Source: Antechinus flavipes (Eukaryota). Taken from it: DNA of 64,000 nt. Under the pieces are notes generated by a model that saw only the letters and a list, made by a program, of their open reading frames with translations, was not told where the DNA came from and made no database searches. Of this stretch, positions 1-13,301 are shown one piece after another. The position numbers were made by a program, and so were the translations under genes. The stretch is taken from contig NC_067404.1 in the NCBI RefSeq assembly GCF_016432865.1, positions 7,936,001 to 8,000,000 of the forward strand, written 5' to 3'. Within the stretch, counting starts at the first letter, position 1. The number at the start of each line of letters is the position of its first letter.

Positions 1-677
1 TATGTATAGTCCCTATCGTAGTTCTTTTTCCCTTTTGTGCCTTTTTGGGGATTTGGGAGTTCTAGCTTTAGTCTGGGGCTTGTTCAGGTGGCCCTATATA
101 CCCATATAAGGTCCTAGCAGAGATGGAGAGAAGCTTTGAAGCTCATTGAGACTGCCATTGCCCCGCCTCTGCCTTTAACAGATAAGGCTACTCAGTCACA
201 GGAGGGGGCAGCCAGGAAGCCAGGGAGAACTGAAGCCTAAGATTGCCTGCCTGCCTCACACTGGCAATGTGAAGGACAACTCAAAGGGTGTCCCCAAATA
301 GTGAATGCATTGTGGTCTTCCCAGTTTGCCTCCTTCCAGTTCTAACTGCCCTATCGCTCCCTTCTTTATTGTGTCCTATCTGTGACCAGCATTTCTAAGC
401 AAGGGCGACTTTACAGGCTTTTCTTGGTGATTACCAAAACCCAACTGGCAATTGATCAGTTGGGTTTATAGGGAGATGGAATAGTCCCACGCCACCTGAC
501 ATGGGACAACTTTGGCCGATAGCTATACAGGAGGTGACGTTTGCCATTGCTCTGAAGGCTCTCCTTTTGATTTAGAACAGAGAATTCATGTATTGATGTC
601 ATCTTTGTAGCTTCCTCATAATCATGCTGGGCTTTCTGACTTAGGCTCTCTGCTTCAGAAGACATTACCTGCATAAT

Positions 678-686
<9 letters not shown>

Positions 687-716
<30 letters not shown>
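687..716. repeat. (TG)n microsatellite
   Basis: Pure TG dinucleotide run. Confidence 0.95.
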
Positions 717-719
<3 letters not shown>

Positions 720-1989
720 GGGGGAGGGAAGGAGGAAAGGGCAAGGAGAGAGAAAGTGGGGGGGGGTAAGATGGAAAAAGAGGGAGAGGGTGTGGGGAAG
801 TGTAGGGGGTGTTTGCAAGCACATGTGCTCCTCAAATTTGAAAGCAGAGCTATCTAAAATAGACCACTTCTTATAAAATTTTAGAACCAAATAACATTAG
901 AGAGAGAGAATCTCTAAATCCAACTCCATTCGATGAGGAAAGGGTCTCAGAAAACAAGAGAATGGCAAAGACTAAGACTTTGCTAAGAACACTTCTCCAG
1001 GACAGGATTTCAGGGTCAAACTGAGCCCTTCCCACCTATCAGATCTTTAGCAAATAGGACAATAGGCAGAGTACCTTTCCCTCAATCACAGCTGCTTCAC
1101 AAGAAGGGAGGAACCATATCATATATGAATGTAGCACTACCCAGCCATCTTTGACCCAGTGGCGCTCTTCTGGCTGTCCCATCTCTGACACCAGGCATTT
1201 GCCCGAAATGCTCTCTCTCCTCTCTACCCACTGACTTTCTTTCAATCCCAGCTAGAACCCTACCTTGGACAGGAAAGCTCATAACAACTCCTAATTCTAG
1301 TAACTTCCTTCTTTGAATTATTTCCAATTTATCTTGACTGGTTTGGAGATAGTTGTTTTCATGTGGTCTATTCCATTAGATTGGGAGCTCCTTGAAAGCT
1401 CTTACAAGAAGGATTCTTTCACTTTTCTCTGTATTCCCAGTGTCTAGCACATAGTAGGTGCTTATTACTTTTAATAATTAATAGAATTAAGCATTCTATT
1501 AAATGCTTATTGAAATGACAATTTTCTAGAAATTTCTGGCTCAGTGCATATGTGCTAATCAATAAAAAAACAATCACTTGAGACTCTAATGCTTAATAAT
1601 AGCCTACGAGACAGAGATAGGTAACCATTTTCATAAATAGGATGGAATGATTTTACTACTTCTTGGCCCTAGCTACTATTTGGCTTTCCCTAATCGGCTT
1701 GCTCCTCTGTAAAGAGAACTCCAATCTCCCACATGGAAAGCTTGAGGTAGAAAAGTGATGTTATCTCTGACTTGGCTACAGCAGAGAGATCAAAGAGGGA
1801 GCAGTAGTTGCCTGAGTTGACTTGCTTATGACCTTCCCACTATTTGCACTTCACCTCTTCCTGTTGCTAGACTGTATACTTTCCCATCCTGCTCCACCTT
1901 CTCACCAGCCTTAGAAGGCAAAAACTACCAGTGGTGTTTTTGAAATCATGAAACTGTTGACTAGTTCACTTCTAATTTGTGTTCCATAA

Positions 1990-3130
1990 TCCCAAGTGGG
2001 TCTCACTGCGGCCAAGCCATCCTTTTCCACCTCCCTGATTCACTATCCTAATCGCCAGAGTCTCTTCTAACCTGCTCATCTCTTCTCCAACCTATTGCAG
2101 CTTCCCCTCCACCTCATCACACCACTCAGAGCTGCCCCCCCCCCATCTCATATGAAGAGACGGTCCTTCTTCTACCCACACAATCCCATCCCATCTCATC
2201 TCCTTTAGTAGACTGGCACCTCCACTATCCTCACTCATCTTCAATCTTTCTCTATTGGTTCATTCCCTACTGCCTACAAAGATGGCTGTCTTCTACATCC
2301 TCAAAAAACCTTCATTCAATCTGTCTATTCCCTCTATTCCCTTTCCTCCTTTTCATGGCTTACCTCCATGAATGCTTCCATTTCCTCCCTTCTCACTCTC
2401 TTCTCTCAGTAGCTTGGCTTAAGACCTCACCATTTAACTGACACTGCTCTCTTCCAAGTTTCTCTTGTCTCTTCACCGCCAAATCAAATGATCTTTTCTT
2501 AATCCTCACCCTTGTTGATCTCTCTGAAGCTTTGAATACTAGAGCACCCTCCTTTCCTTGCTGCTCCCTTCTCTCCAGATTTTCAGGACACTTTTCTCAG
2601 TTCTTCCTGACTGCTCCTTCGGTCTCCTTCGCTAGAGCTTCATCTGCTCACCACAGGGGGTCCTCCAAGGCTGTGTCCCGGGGCTTTCTTCTCTACTCTG
2701 TCATCAACTCCTAGGGATTCAGTTACTATTTCTATGTTGATCATTTTCATATCCTGTTTATCCAGCCAAAGTCTTCCTCCTGATCTCTAGTCTCACATCT
2801 TCAACTATCTAGTGGACATCTTGAACTGGATGTCTCATAGACATGGTAAACACTTAACATGATCAAAACTGAACCCATCTTTCCCCCTAAACTTCCCTCT
2901 ATTTTCAAGCTTCCCTATTACTGTCCAAGCCACCCCCATCCTCCCAGTCTAAGGGTCATCCTCAATTCCTCACTCCTCCCATATTCAATCTATTACCAAG
3001 ATCTGGGGATCCTAGCTGCTACTCCACACTCTAGTACAGGCCCTCATCACTTCACACTGGTCTCCCCACTTCAGTCTATCCTCTACTAAATTACTAAAGT
3101 AACTTTGCTAAAGGGCTGATGGAACCATGT
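1990..3130 (+). mobile_element. Degenerate L2 LINE fragment (RT region)
   Basis: Around 2500-2535 it translates as LILTLVDLSEALNT, a decayed LILLDLSAAFDT L2 RT motif, in typical pyrimidine-rich L2 sequence. L2 3' ends also occur near 1375-1520 and 3380-3780, and a second copy of the 2130-2340 segment lies at ~3825-4035. Boundaries are approximate. Confidence 0.7.
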
Positions 3131-3139
3131 CATTTCCTC

Positions 3140-3350
3140 ATCCCCTTTCATAGCTAGCATTTTATATCAGTTTGCAAAGCATTTATAAATCTCATTTGAT
3201 CCTTACGATAACCCTGGGAGGTGGGAGCTCTTGTGATCCTAAAGGTAAAGTGACTTCTCCCGAATCACACAGCCAGTGTCAGAGGCCACACTTGAGTCTG
3301 GACTTTCCTGACTGCAGACCTAGCATTCACTTCACTATGATCTGACCCTG
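3140..3350 (-). mobile_element. MIR/core SINE
   Basis: Reverse complement of the MIR core (ctcatttgatcct...aagtgacttc...tcacacagc...cctgact). Similar copies lie near 7770-7990, 11150-11290, 30870-30960 and 42710-42850. Confidence 0.7.
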
Positions 3351-5699
3351 TCGCCTCCCCACACATTAAGTTGCAGTGGCTCCGTACTGTTTACAAGATC
3401 AATTGGTTTTTAGTCTTTGTGACTTGCTCCCTTCCTCCCTTTCTATATGCTCTCAGTCAGTGACACTGGTCTCATCAATGCCCCTGACCCAGGACGCCCC
3501 CACTTTCACCACCTGTACCTCATGCATGCTTGGAGCTCTCTCCTCATCTCCATCTCCTGGCCTCTTTCAGGCATCAGCTAAAATCCCACCCCCTACAAAC
3601 AGCTTTTTCCTGCCTCCCAAACTGCCAGCGCCTTCCTTATGAAAGCACCACCAATGCACTCCGTGCATATACTATAGATAGTGTCTGCCTGTGGTCTCCC
3701 TTCTTAGATTGGGAGTTGCTTGGGGACAGGCCCTGCATTTTTATTTTTATTTTTTGTAATCGCAGTGATGGCCCATAGCACTCTCAATGATAATCATTGG
3801 GAGACCTTTAGCAGATCCTCTAGTTCCCTCCACCTCCCCATCTCATATAAAGAGATGGTCCTTCTCCTTCTACCTGCACAGTAGCATCCCATATCATCGC
3901 CTTTAGCAGACTGGTCCCTTCCACCATTCTCATTCTTCAATGTCTCCCTATTGGCTCATTTCCTATTGCCTACAAAGATGCTCATGTCTCCTCCATACTC
4001 AAAAAAACCTTTCTTTGATTTTTCCATCCGTTCTCTCTCCCTCCTCAGAAGACAAAAGGTTGAAATCCAGCTTTCATTTCCTAGCTGTGTGACCATGGCC
4101 TTAGCCGCTCCTCTGAATCCTTCGCTTCACCTGAGCCCCACTCATTTATAAAATGAGATAATGTTTATGAAGTCCTTTATTCCTATAGAGAGAAACGTGA
4201 ACTCTCACTATCACTTTGGATTGGTGGCAAAGCTTGCCTTTTGAGAAAATAAAAAAGACTAAAAAAACGAAACCCAAATGGTTAAAGCATTGGTAAATTA
4301 TCATTCAGTGCTGAAACCTGTTTTTAAAGCTCAGATTCTCTGACTCTCACTTACGGGCATACCCCTGATACCACGCTGACTCCTGGTAATTCAGCAGGGA
4401 CAAAGATGGCAGAATATTGGATAGGCTTGGAGAACACAAGAGTATTTAATTCTTTTGTTATTTGTTTCTTATTACTGCTGGGGGCAGTAAAGCAAGATTT
4501 TTGTCCCTTGTTTTATGTATTTAGTTGATTATTTATTAATGGTTAAGTATATAATCAACAAATTTTAAATTGTGCTTTAGAGTTGTAAGCACATATAGTT
4601 CAAGTTTCTACGTTATAGTTCTATAATCAATAATGAATTTTTAAAAAATCCAACTTCAGGGGTGCAGCTAGAGGAATATGTAAAGTATGCCCAACTTGTT
4701 CTACAACCATTAAATCTTTTGATTCTTTAGACTTTTACATCACTCATTTCCAAATATATGCTCCCCTCAGGAATCAAGACTTCTTTTTAACAAAGAGTAG
4801 AAAAATAAAAAGAATATTTAGAGTCAAATCATCACATAGACTAAATCTGATATGAAATCCAATACTCCATTCCCATAGGTCCTCACCTCTGCAATGAAGG
4901 GAAGATGTATTCTCTCAAGTTTTCTCTGGGGCAAAGCTTCATCATACAACAATGTTGTTTCTTTTTATTTATATTGTTGGAGTCACTGAGTATAATTTTG
5001 CTTGCTACTCTCATCTCCCCAGTTTACTCTCAATCCCTTCTATTCATCATATCTTATGATTCAATTATCCCATTAGTGTGGTTTTTTTAGCCCTTCCCCA
5101 GTCACTAAATGCCTACTTTATTTCTAATGTTGAGATATTACAAAAATTACTGCTCTGAACATTTTGGTAGACATAAGCCTTTTTCTTTGTGTCTGACCTC
5201 ACTGCAAAGACATGCCTTGCATGAGCTCTCTGAGTCAAAGGATATGGACATTTTAATTTCAGAGCAAAATTACAAAGTTTTTGGAATGGTCAGGCAATCC
5301 CTAGCACCATCAGCAATGTATTTGTGTGCGTGTTTGAAACTTTGGTTGTTTTGATTTCCATTCCTCTGAATATAAGTGATTTGGTGAATTCTTTCATATG
5401 GTACAACTATTAAATCTTGGATGTGTTGTAGTAGATATTCCTTTTTGGGTAGGGGAGAAGATTAGATTTCTCACAAGAAGCCTTGTGATGGCAATTCTGT
5501 GATCTTAGCACCTTAAAGTTGAAATCATTTTTTTGAGAGATCATAATGAACAGATTACTCACCTGTTTCCCTAGAATATATTCCATAGTTTCTTTCAACT
5601 TTTACTCACGTGTTCCCTATGCCTGGAATACTCTTGATCTCCTGACCTTCCAAATGAGTACTCTGACCACTGAAATCCATGAAACTGATACAAACCAAA

Positions 5700-7480
5700 T
5701 GACTCAGAACCTCGTACAGTCACTTCCTTCTAGTCCACAGTGACAATGGCAGAAAAGGGGGCAGGTGTTAAAAAGAGGTAACAAGTATCGCTGGTACTTA
5801 AAACGTGAAATCTTTCATCCAGGGACCAACAAATTAATACACTAGACAAACTGATCTATATCCATAGACATAACTCCTATATGTCATGCCAGAAAAACAC
5901 ATACAAGATGCACCTAAGTAAAACGATGGTTTACACATTTTTAGCTCCTTTATTTGAAAGGAGTTCAAATCCGAGGGGGAGGAGACACAAATAAAGAAGT
6001 TGGGAGAATTTGTTTCATCGTGTGCCCAAAGGCAAGAAATTTTTCATGGGATTTACACTGTACCATATTGCCTCCCAAAAAGCTGGGACAGTACTAGAAG
6101 TAGAGAGAGAGGCCTGATTTTTTTTTTAATGAAATTGTCATTTTAGTAGGAAATGGCTTATTTATGAAGGAGTAATTTCAGAATATGCTGTCTGTACATA
6201 ATCCGATAATAGACCAGTTAGAGCAAAAGTCAAAATCAATGCAAAATTAGAATACAGATAAGACACTGTGTGCAGTTACCTGAAAAACGGGAAACTGATG
6301 AATGTAAAGCTTTTGATACCAATCACAATTCCTTATAAGAATTTTAACCATTTTAACAGTTAACACAAACACTTGATTTCCATAACAAGAAAATGAGAGC
6401 CACTGCAGTAAAGGTTCACTTGCAAAACATTCAAGAGGAAGATGGTTGAACATTACAGCTTGTGTGACTTCACAAAATAACAAAATATGATGAAGGAGAA
6501 AATAATTTTGCAGAAGTCTTGGTTTGAGTCAACTAAATCAAAGAATTTCACAATGAAAACGGAAAGAATGATAAATAGGTGTGAAATGGTAGAGGTTTTC
6601 AATAGTTTCCGAGGGCAATATGTTCTCATCACTGATGACCATGGACCATTTGAACTCTTCACTACAGTAAACAATGTGTTGTGGAAGAAAGTGGAAATGG
6701 TACTTAATAAAAATATGGAACTGTGGAGTGTTTGGATCTGACCAAATACCGGGTGAAGAAAAAATCTAGAGACAATAGGATTTTAAAGGCAGCCAGGTAT
6801 CCATCTTTAAAAATACCAAAACCAAGACAATTGAACATTGAATATAAAAAAAGATCACGGACAGCAGTAATACCAAAAATGGATCACTGAGAATAAGTAA
6901 CTCGTGTCTAATTTATTTATTCTCTATAAAATAACCTTGGGGATGAAAACAGGAGAAACAGCTTTTGTAGTTTTCTATAGTAGACTTATAATCACAAGCA
7001 ACTGATAGGCAAAGAATTAAAAAAAAAAACCAAACCTGTGTTTATTGTCTGATCGAGGAAAAAAATTCATTTGCTTTGGTTAAACAAAATATAGCTTTAA
7101 AATTTAGGTTTTCCTACAACAAAGTGACTCTCAGGTACATGTTGAGATTTTTATGAAATTCCAAAAAGAATTTTAATGCTCAGAGTATCATTATGAAGCA
7201 AGACATAAAAAAGGCGACATACTTGCCAAAGATTCATTTGACAGTGTCGTGGAGGATGTCCTGCTTACAGTGCAACTAAAACTGTGTAAGAAATAGCTAG
7301 ATGATGAATTTTTTCAGAAGCTCCGGTCAACCATAGAACTAGAAATAGGGGCTGTATATTGATTTAAATTTGAAGATGTTACATTATCTATGTTCCATTG
7401 TATTTTTATTTTGTTGACTGTTTCCCAATTATATTTTTAACCGGCTCAACTACATTTGGGAAGTGTTGTTCCCTGAGACA
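5700..7480 (+). mobile_element. Fossil hAT (Charlie/SPIN-OC1-like) DNA transposon with a decayed transposase
   Basis: A-rich coding-like tract with many stops. EGENNFAEVLV (~6492) resembles the TTGEDIFxEV motif, and DSFDSVVEDVLLTVQLKLCKK*LDDEFF (~7231) resembles the PFxxxVEDxxxxxQxELxxLQxD motif of Charlie-type transposases. The 7370-7480 tail resembles marsupial Charlie 3' ends. No 5' TIR was identified. Confidence 0.5.
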
Positions 7481-8039
7481 CCTTTGCTGTGCTGTACCTG
7501 GTCCCAGAACACAACAGGGCTTCCTCAATAATATCTACAGCTATTCACAGGGATGATGGACTAGGAAACCATAAAGAAAAAATTTTTAAAGTGACTGAAA
7601 AATGTACATTGTTTAGGTTATGAAATGCATTTGGATGGAGTCCATTGAGTTACTATAAACAGGTGCTGCAGTTGACCAACAATCTTATTCCAGATGTGAA
7701 TAGAATGAGCTAGTTTTCATTTGGGAAAATAAGCAACATTTTCAAAAATCCTAAACTGCAAAACTCCATAATAATAATCATAGGTAGCACTTCTATAGTG
7801 CCTTAAAGTTTGCAAATCACTTTATGTCATCTCAATACTCACAATGATCCTTTGAGATAGGTGCTAGTATCCTGTTTGAAAAAGATGAAGAAACTGAGGC
7901 TGAGGTGTCAAATGATTTTAAGTGGCTGAGGCAGGATTTAAATTCAAGTTTCCTGACTCTTAAATCCAGCACTCCATATGTCACCTACCTGTCACCAACA
8001 ATTTTCTCAGTGCTACAACATGACTACAAATCCCATAAC

Positions 8040-8340
8040 ACAACATCTCAAAATAATCAAAATCACAGATGCTCAAAAAAGTAATGGAAAGATGTATGGT
8101 AGGTGGAAGGAGACTGGTTTTGTTTCCAGATGACTGGTGCATAAATAAATGGCATCAAAGACATATATGATTAGAAGAGGTGGGCCAGCCATGTGATGAA
8201 AATGAATTAACTCAAGTGTTATACTGGCATCCATTATTAAAATAATTTGTAGCACATTGTGCAGATCATCCATAAAGGATTTCTTGGGGAAAAAAAGGAC
8301 GAAAATTAGAGATTGAAAAAGCATGGCTAGGTTGATGGAA
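8040..8340 (+). mobile_element. RTE LINE 3' fragment
   Basis: ggtgggccagccatgtgatg encodes WASHVM (RTE C-terminal WAGHVxR motif), followed by decayed W.P and RW-like codons. Confidence 0.6.
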
Positions 8341-8927
8341 GAGCCACATTGAAGAGATTAAAAAATTTTTCATCACAGCATTGTTGCATCTCACAAACAT
8401 TCATAAAATTAATGTTTGTGAGATACTGCTGAAAGAACCACAGATTTAGAGCCAGAAGGGACGGGAGAGATCATCTAGTCTAGCAGTTCTCAAACTTTTT
8501 ATTCTCAGGATTCCTTTGTAATCTTACTGAAGACGACTAAAGATCTTTGGATTATGTGGATTATATCTATCAGAATTTACTGTATTAGAAATTATTTCAG
8601 GATTCTGAAAAGTCTTAACCTCTAGGACCCTCTATAAGAGTCTCAGGGTACCCCAGGGGTCCCTGGACCACATTTGGAAAAAACACTGATCTAATCCAAC
8701 TCCCTCATTTCAGCCTCACTATCTGGCCCAAAGCCATACAGTGAGTAAAAAAGCTGGAATCTCTACCCAGATCCTGTGACTTCAAACCCAGTGCTTTCCC
8801 CACTGTGACACTGCCTCCCTGGAAGGTACTCTCTTATTGCAGTATAATTAACGAGCTGCTGAAATCAAGGAAATCCTTATGAAGAGACCATTCAGTACCA
8901 GACCAAAATATCTGCATTGAAAACATG

Positions 8928-9018
8928 TTTATTTTAAACAGGCCATTTTTTTTTAAAAGTTAACATTGAAACAAAGACATTTTTCTCTTTTAATAAATTG
9001 TTTCAAGCTAGATTTATT
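8928..9018 (-). promoter_or_regulatory. CMC4: Candidate CMC4 poly(A) signals (AATAAA at 9018-9013 and 8933-8928)
   Basis: tttatt occurs on the + strand ~140 and ~225 nt downstream of the CMC4 stop. Confidence 0.55.
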
Positions 9019-9155
9019 TCTATCTTTCTATTCTTTTGCCTATTCATAAGTAAACCTATAGGTAAATTTCCATTTGGCTTTTGTTGACTACCTGAGATAT
9101 AACCTGTTTAGGAGACCAAATAAAATCTCCTGGATGAAAAACATGGAGCAGAAAT

Positions 9156-9304
9156 TCACTGTGATGCAGATTTAAGCTTCTGCCTTTCTTCATCTTCCTT
9201 CTCAAATCCTGAACAGACAACAGATCTCCCTTTGGGGTACTGAGCACAGCACCTACGCAACTCTTGGATGACAGCCTCACACTTAGACTCCATGTAGTTG
9301 TTGG
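9156..9304 (-). CDS. CMC4: CMC4 (p8MTCP1, Cx9C motif protein), last coding exon
   Basis: tttttcag acceptor, then (A)NNYMESKCEAVIQELRRCCAQYPKGRSVVCSGFEKEDEERQKLKSASQ*. 149 nt; with the 58-nt first coding exon the product is 68 aa. Confidence 0.97.
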
Positions 9305-11527
9305 CTGAAAAACAAAGACTAATTCTATGAGAGAAAGTAAACTGATCAAGTTTTTTTTTTTTTTTCTTAAAGATTAGTGATTTGAAAACTTCCCCTTTTG
9401 TAAACTTAGAGAGCTAGCATAACCCATTAGAAATAGTAAAGGGAAAGGGAGGTTTTTCCCATGCCCACTGACCAAAATTAGTAGGAGAGAGTTTAAGCCC
9501 TTTAAAATATGAAGCAGAGGGATGGAAGAGGAAATGAGGGAGGAATCTAATCTAGGGGAAGGTTCTAAGCTAGACCAGTTATTTCTGTAGCCTAATCTGT
9601 TATTAGATTTAGCTCATAAATAATTGAAACTGAAATCTGTAAGAAAAAGAGGCAAAATTTTCACCACCTACTAGGATTTTGAGCCACCTAGATAGATAGT
9701 CATTTATTAACTCTGCAGGGTACCTTGGACAATATAATCTTCCTCTATTTACTGTTTTGTTGTTTAATTTATCTATATATCTGTGGGAGGGGTGGGGCAG
9801 TAAAATCTCAAGTTTTTTTTTTTTTTTTTTTTTTTCCCGTAAATACTGTATTGACAGGCTTGAATTTCAATTTTCATGAACATGAGATTCTCACCTCTAT
9901 TTACTAAAAATCAGCAACTTACTCGGAACGGCACAAAAATTAATTTTATTATTAAATGGGACAGCCCAAGATTTATCCCTTCAGTATTTTTACGTTCCTT
10001 GGTAAGTGAATTAAAAAGGAGAAAATATGACTTACAAAATGACTGAAAGACAGTATTTTGGTATTAGTATAATACCACTTAGTATTACTTCCTTTCAAGT
10101 CTCAGATCTAAGTCTTGAATTAAGCATACCTTTGTTCTAGAGAAGGGGTTCTTAATCTAGGGAACCCCTTGGAGTTATGTAGATTTCAAGGGGCCCATGA
10201 AATTCAATGAGAAAAAAAATTACATCTTTATCTTCACCAACCTCTAACTGAAAGTTAACTTTTTTTTTTTTCAAGTTATTATGGAAGTGACCAGAATATT
10301 CTTCCGCTCTAGAGAAAGGACCTGAAGCTGCTGCAGCTCTACTGGCTCTTTCTAGCTCCCTTATATATTAAAGGGCAGTAAAGGGTAGCTACAGGGACGA
10401 TGACTAGCTCTCCATTTTTCTTCTCCCCCACTTCCCTGCCCTTCACCCCAGCCAAGAATAGGAGTCAATACTGCTTTAATTCTTGGTCTACCTGTCCTGG
10501 TCATGTGATTGTTATTTCCAAGTGTGTATATTTATACATTAAACACACTTATTTTCATGTGTACATATACATTCATGTTATAGAGTTTTAAAATGTGGGG
10601 GAAACCATTTTCTTACCTTCTCAAAATTGAGGGGCAAGGGGGTAAGTAAATAAGGGCTTAAAATTTATCCTAAAGGGTTATTAAAATGAATTCTTTTTAG
10701 AAGTCTTACACAACTCATGTCAGATTTCAGAAAAATAGCTCAAGACTTAAATAATTTAATAAAAATAAAATTCTATACCGATTCTCATCTGCTGTGTACT
10801 TGGGATGGGATTCCAATATCCTAAGTAGTTTCCCACATGAGAGAAGGCAGTTTGAGTACAGAGGGGATGAGAATCAGGCCCAAGAAGGCAAGCACACTCT
10901 TTAAAGGGCCTTCTTTCAGTTCAGCTTCACGGCTAGAATTCCCTAACTATGGACATTCTTTAGCAGTTGGACAGTAATATTACCTTTCCGCAGTAGCTGA
11001 GGTAGGTATCTAGAACTCTAAGCTTTCTACTCGAACCCCTTCCACCTACATTCAAGTGATTTAATCAAGCACAGTCTGTGACCCATTTAGAGTTAACTCT
11101 CCCCTTTTAACACCAAAGGGTAAAAGCTAAACTGGATGGGACCTTAGGGCTCATCTAATAAAAGCCTTCATTTTACTGCTGCCAGCGGTAGTTAGGCATC
11201 TTGTCTAATGCCTTTTCGTTAGGAAGCCGTAGGGCCAGAATTTGAACTCGGGCCCTCTGACTCTAAATCCAGTGCTTTTCCCACTAACATCATTTTTATA
11301 AAATGTAGTTGAAAAAAGTACAACTTGTCACTATATTTTTTGAGCCATAAAGAGAATCATCCTTAGTTTACACTGGTAATAAAGCCAGTGAAAGAAAAAG
11401 TGCAGAGACTAGATATTACTATGAGACAAGTTAAATGTTAACTTGCAGATGGATGGTCTGACTCTTGAAGCTCATACACAAAATGGAAAAAAAAAATCAC
11501 TAGAATAAAGCACCATATGTTAAGTAC

Positions 11528-11585
11528 CTTGCAAGCATTTCTGTATTTCACAGGCTTGTTTCTGGCAGGGATCCTTCTGGGACAT
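11528..11585 (-). CDS. CMC4: CMC4 first coding exon
   Basis: MSQKDPCQKQACEIQKCLQ plus a phase-1 gtactt donor. The acceptor AG is at 11598-11597. An in-frame ATG lies two codons upstream (11591). Confidence 0.97.
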
Positions 11586-12891
11586 ATCCATTAAAACTAA
11601 AACAAGAAAAAAAAATATGATTATAGAGTGTTTATTTTGCTTTCTCATAAAAAAATCTTTTCTGGCTCATAGGCTCTACTTTTGCTCTAATTTCTACTCT
11701 TAACCATACTGAGACTTAGGGATTTTTATCTAAGGTTATTACTTGGTACCCCTTCATCACTGGAAAGTAGTTACACTAGAGTAATTACAAAACCCTCTGG
11801 CCATTTTACAAGATTAGCAGACTGTATTTATAGTACCAACCTCACTCAATTAGGGAAAACATTAGTTTATATTTACTTTCAGAACTGTTAACAATAGTAG
11901 TATTGAAAGGCTTTCCAAAAAGCAAGAAGATCCTTCATCCCCCAGGCTTTCCCTTCATTTCAAAGGTAACTGAACTATCCCCACTATTTAGGCTTTATCT
12001 CAGGAAGCTCTATACCAGGGCAATCAAATGCATCCCTGGGAAATGACAACAATTGAAATGCTATTACCTGGGCAAAAGTACCTAGGAACACCTAAAGAAT
12101 ATTTTTGGAAGTTTCCAAGAAAGTGGTTTGTTATTTAAAGATAAAATATGATAAACAGAGATTGAATTTTAAAACTCCCTGAGACTTTGAAGACATGTGG
12201 CATTTCTGAAAGGGGAAAGGTCCTTGAAGACTGCAGCCAACCTGGGTGGTGCCCTTTCTCAGAACTCCTAAATTTTCAGTAGATCCAAGTATACCAGTGC
12301 TGGAATGGAAGACATGCAAGCAAAAACTAGGATGTTTTTATGAAGGGAGAAAGAGGAATGCAAAGTTTGGGGAAGGGTGGGAGGGGAAAAAAACAAAACA
12401 AAACAAAACATGTTGACTGCTGAAGGCTCCCTTCTAAGTCAGTACCAAGTCCTTGGTGATCAGGGCATCTTTTCTGGAGGTGCTGCTTTTTGTGTGAGGA
12501 TGTCAAACGGAGGTTCTGACCGACGATGTCCATTAAAGATTCCATGGCACTTTCCAAGAGTCAGAGGTTTTAAGCTAGGTGTCCTGACTCAATGACCACC
12601 TCTGGACTTGCCTTGTATCTACCTAACATTCCCCCTGCGGTTTTACAGTATTCTTCACTTTCCTTCCTAAACTGTTGTGCTGTGTTCTTGAACAGTTTTC
12701 ACTTTTCCCCCCAAAGGTAGATGCACTTCAGTGCTGGGTGAAGTGATTCCCATATAATGTACACAACAAATGGACATATCTTCCTAGAATCCCAGCACCT
12801 GGAAAACAAATGTTATCATTAAAACTCCATAACCAAGCGTAAGCATCAAAAGTATAGAAAGGGTAAAGAGAGAATATCAGTATTTACCAGA

Positions 12892-12939
12892 TTAATCGTC
12901 AGGCAAGAGCTTAAGCAACAGCTCCTCAACTCCCCTGAC
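12892..12939 (-). CDS. MTCP1: MTCP1 (p13MTCP1, TCL1 family), last coding exon
   Basis: tttaacag acceptor, then VRGVEELLLKLLPDD*. Confidence 0.96.
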   Translation of the reverse strand, partial: VRGVEELLLKLLPDD

Positions 12940-13039
12940 CTGTTAAACAAAGAGAAAAAAAGAATAGAGCGCTCTCTCTCTCCCCCTCTCTCCTGGAGGG
13001 GGGGAAATCAAATTGGGAACAATTAGCCATAATACATAC

Positions 13040-13210
13040 CATTAAGTGGTGCTCTATCTCCCATATCCTAGAGCTGTTATCCAGGTAGTGCTCTTCGGGG
13101 TACAGCTGCCACATTAGTGGTAGCTGTGAGGGAGGGAGATGACTGGGCCTGACTGCATCACTTAGGGGTACCTGTACCTGCTGCACTCGAGCCCTAACGA
13201 AACTGGTCTC
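13040..13210 (-). CDS. MTCP1: MTCP1 middle coding exon
   Basis: ETSFVRARVQQVQVPLSDAVRPSHLPPSQLPLMWQLYPEEHYLDNSSRIWEIEHHLM; 171 nt with ag/gtatgt borders. Confidence 0.97.
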
Positions 13211-13301
13211 CTATGGGGAAATAATTGTAAACACTGAAACCATACCCTCCCCAAAGACTGAAAATGGATAGAAACCAAGTGAATAGAAAATCAAGAGTTA
13301 C

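Noticed and set aside
6487-6741. 84-aa ORF MMKEKIILQKSW...
   Set aside because: Off-frame reading of the putative hAT fossil; no recognisable domain.
1-8900. Expected FUNDC2 or F8 exons (human neighbours of CMC4)
   Set aside because: No FUNDC2- or F8-like translation seen. The absence is uninformative because they may lie just outside the window.
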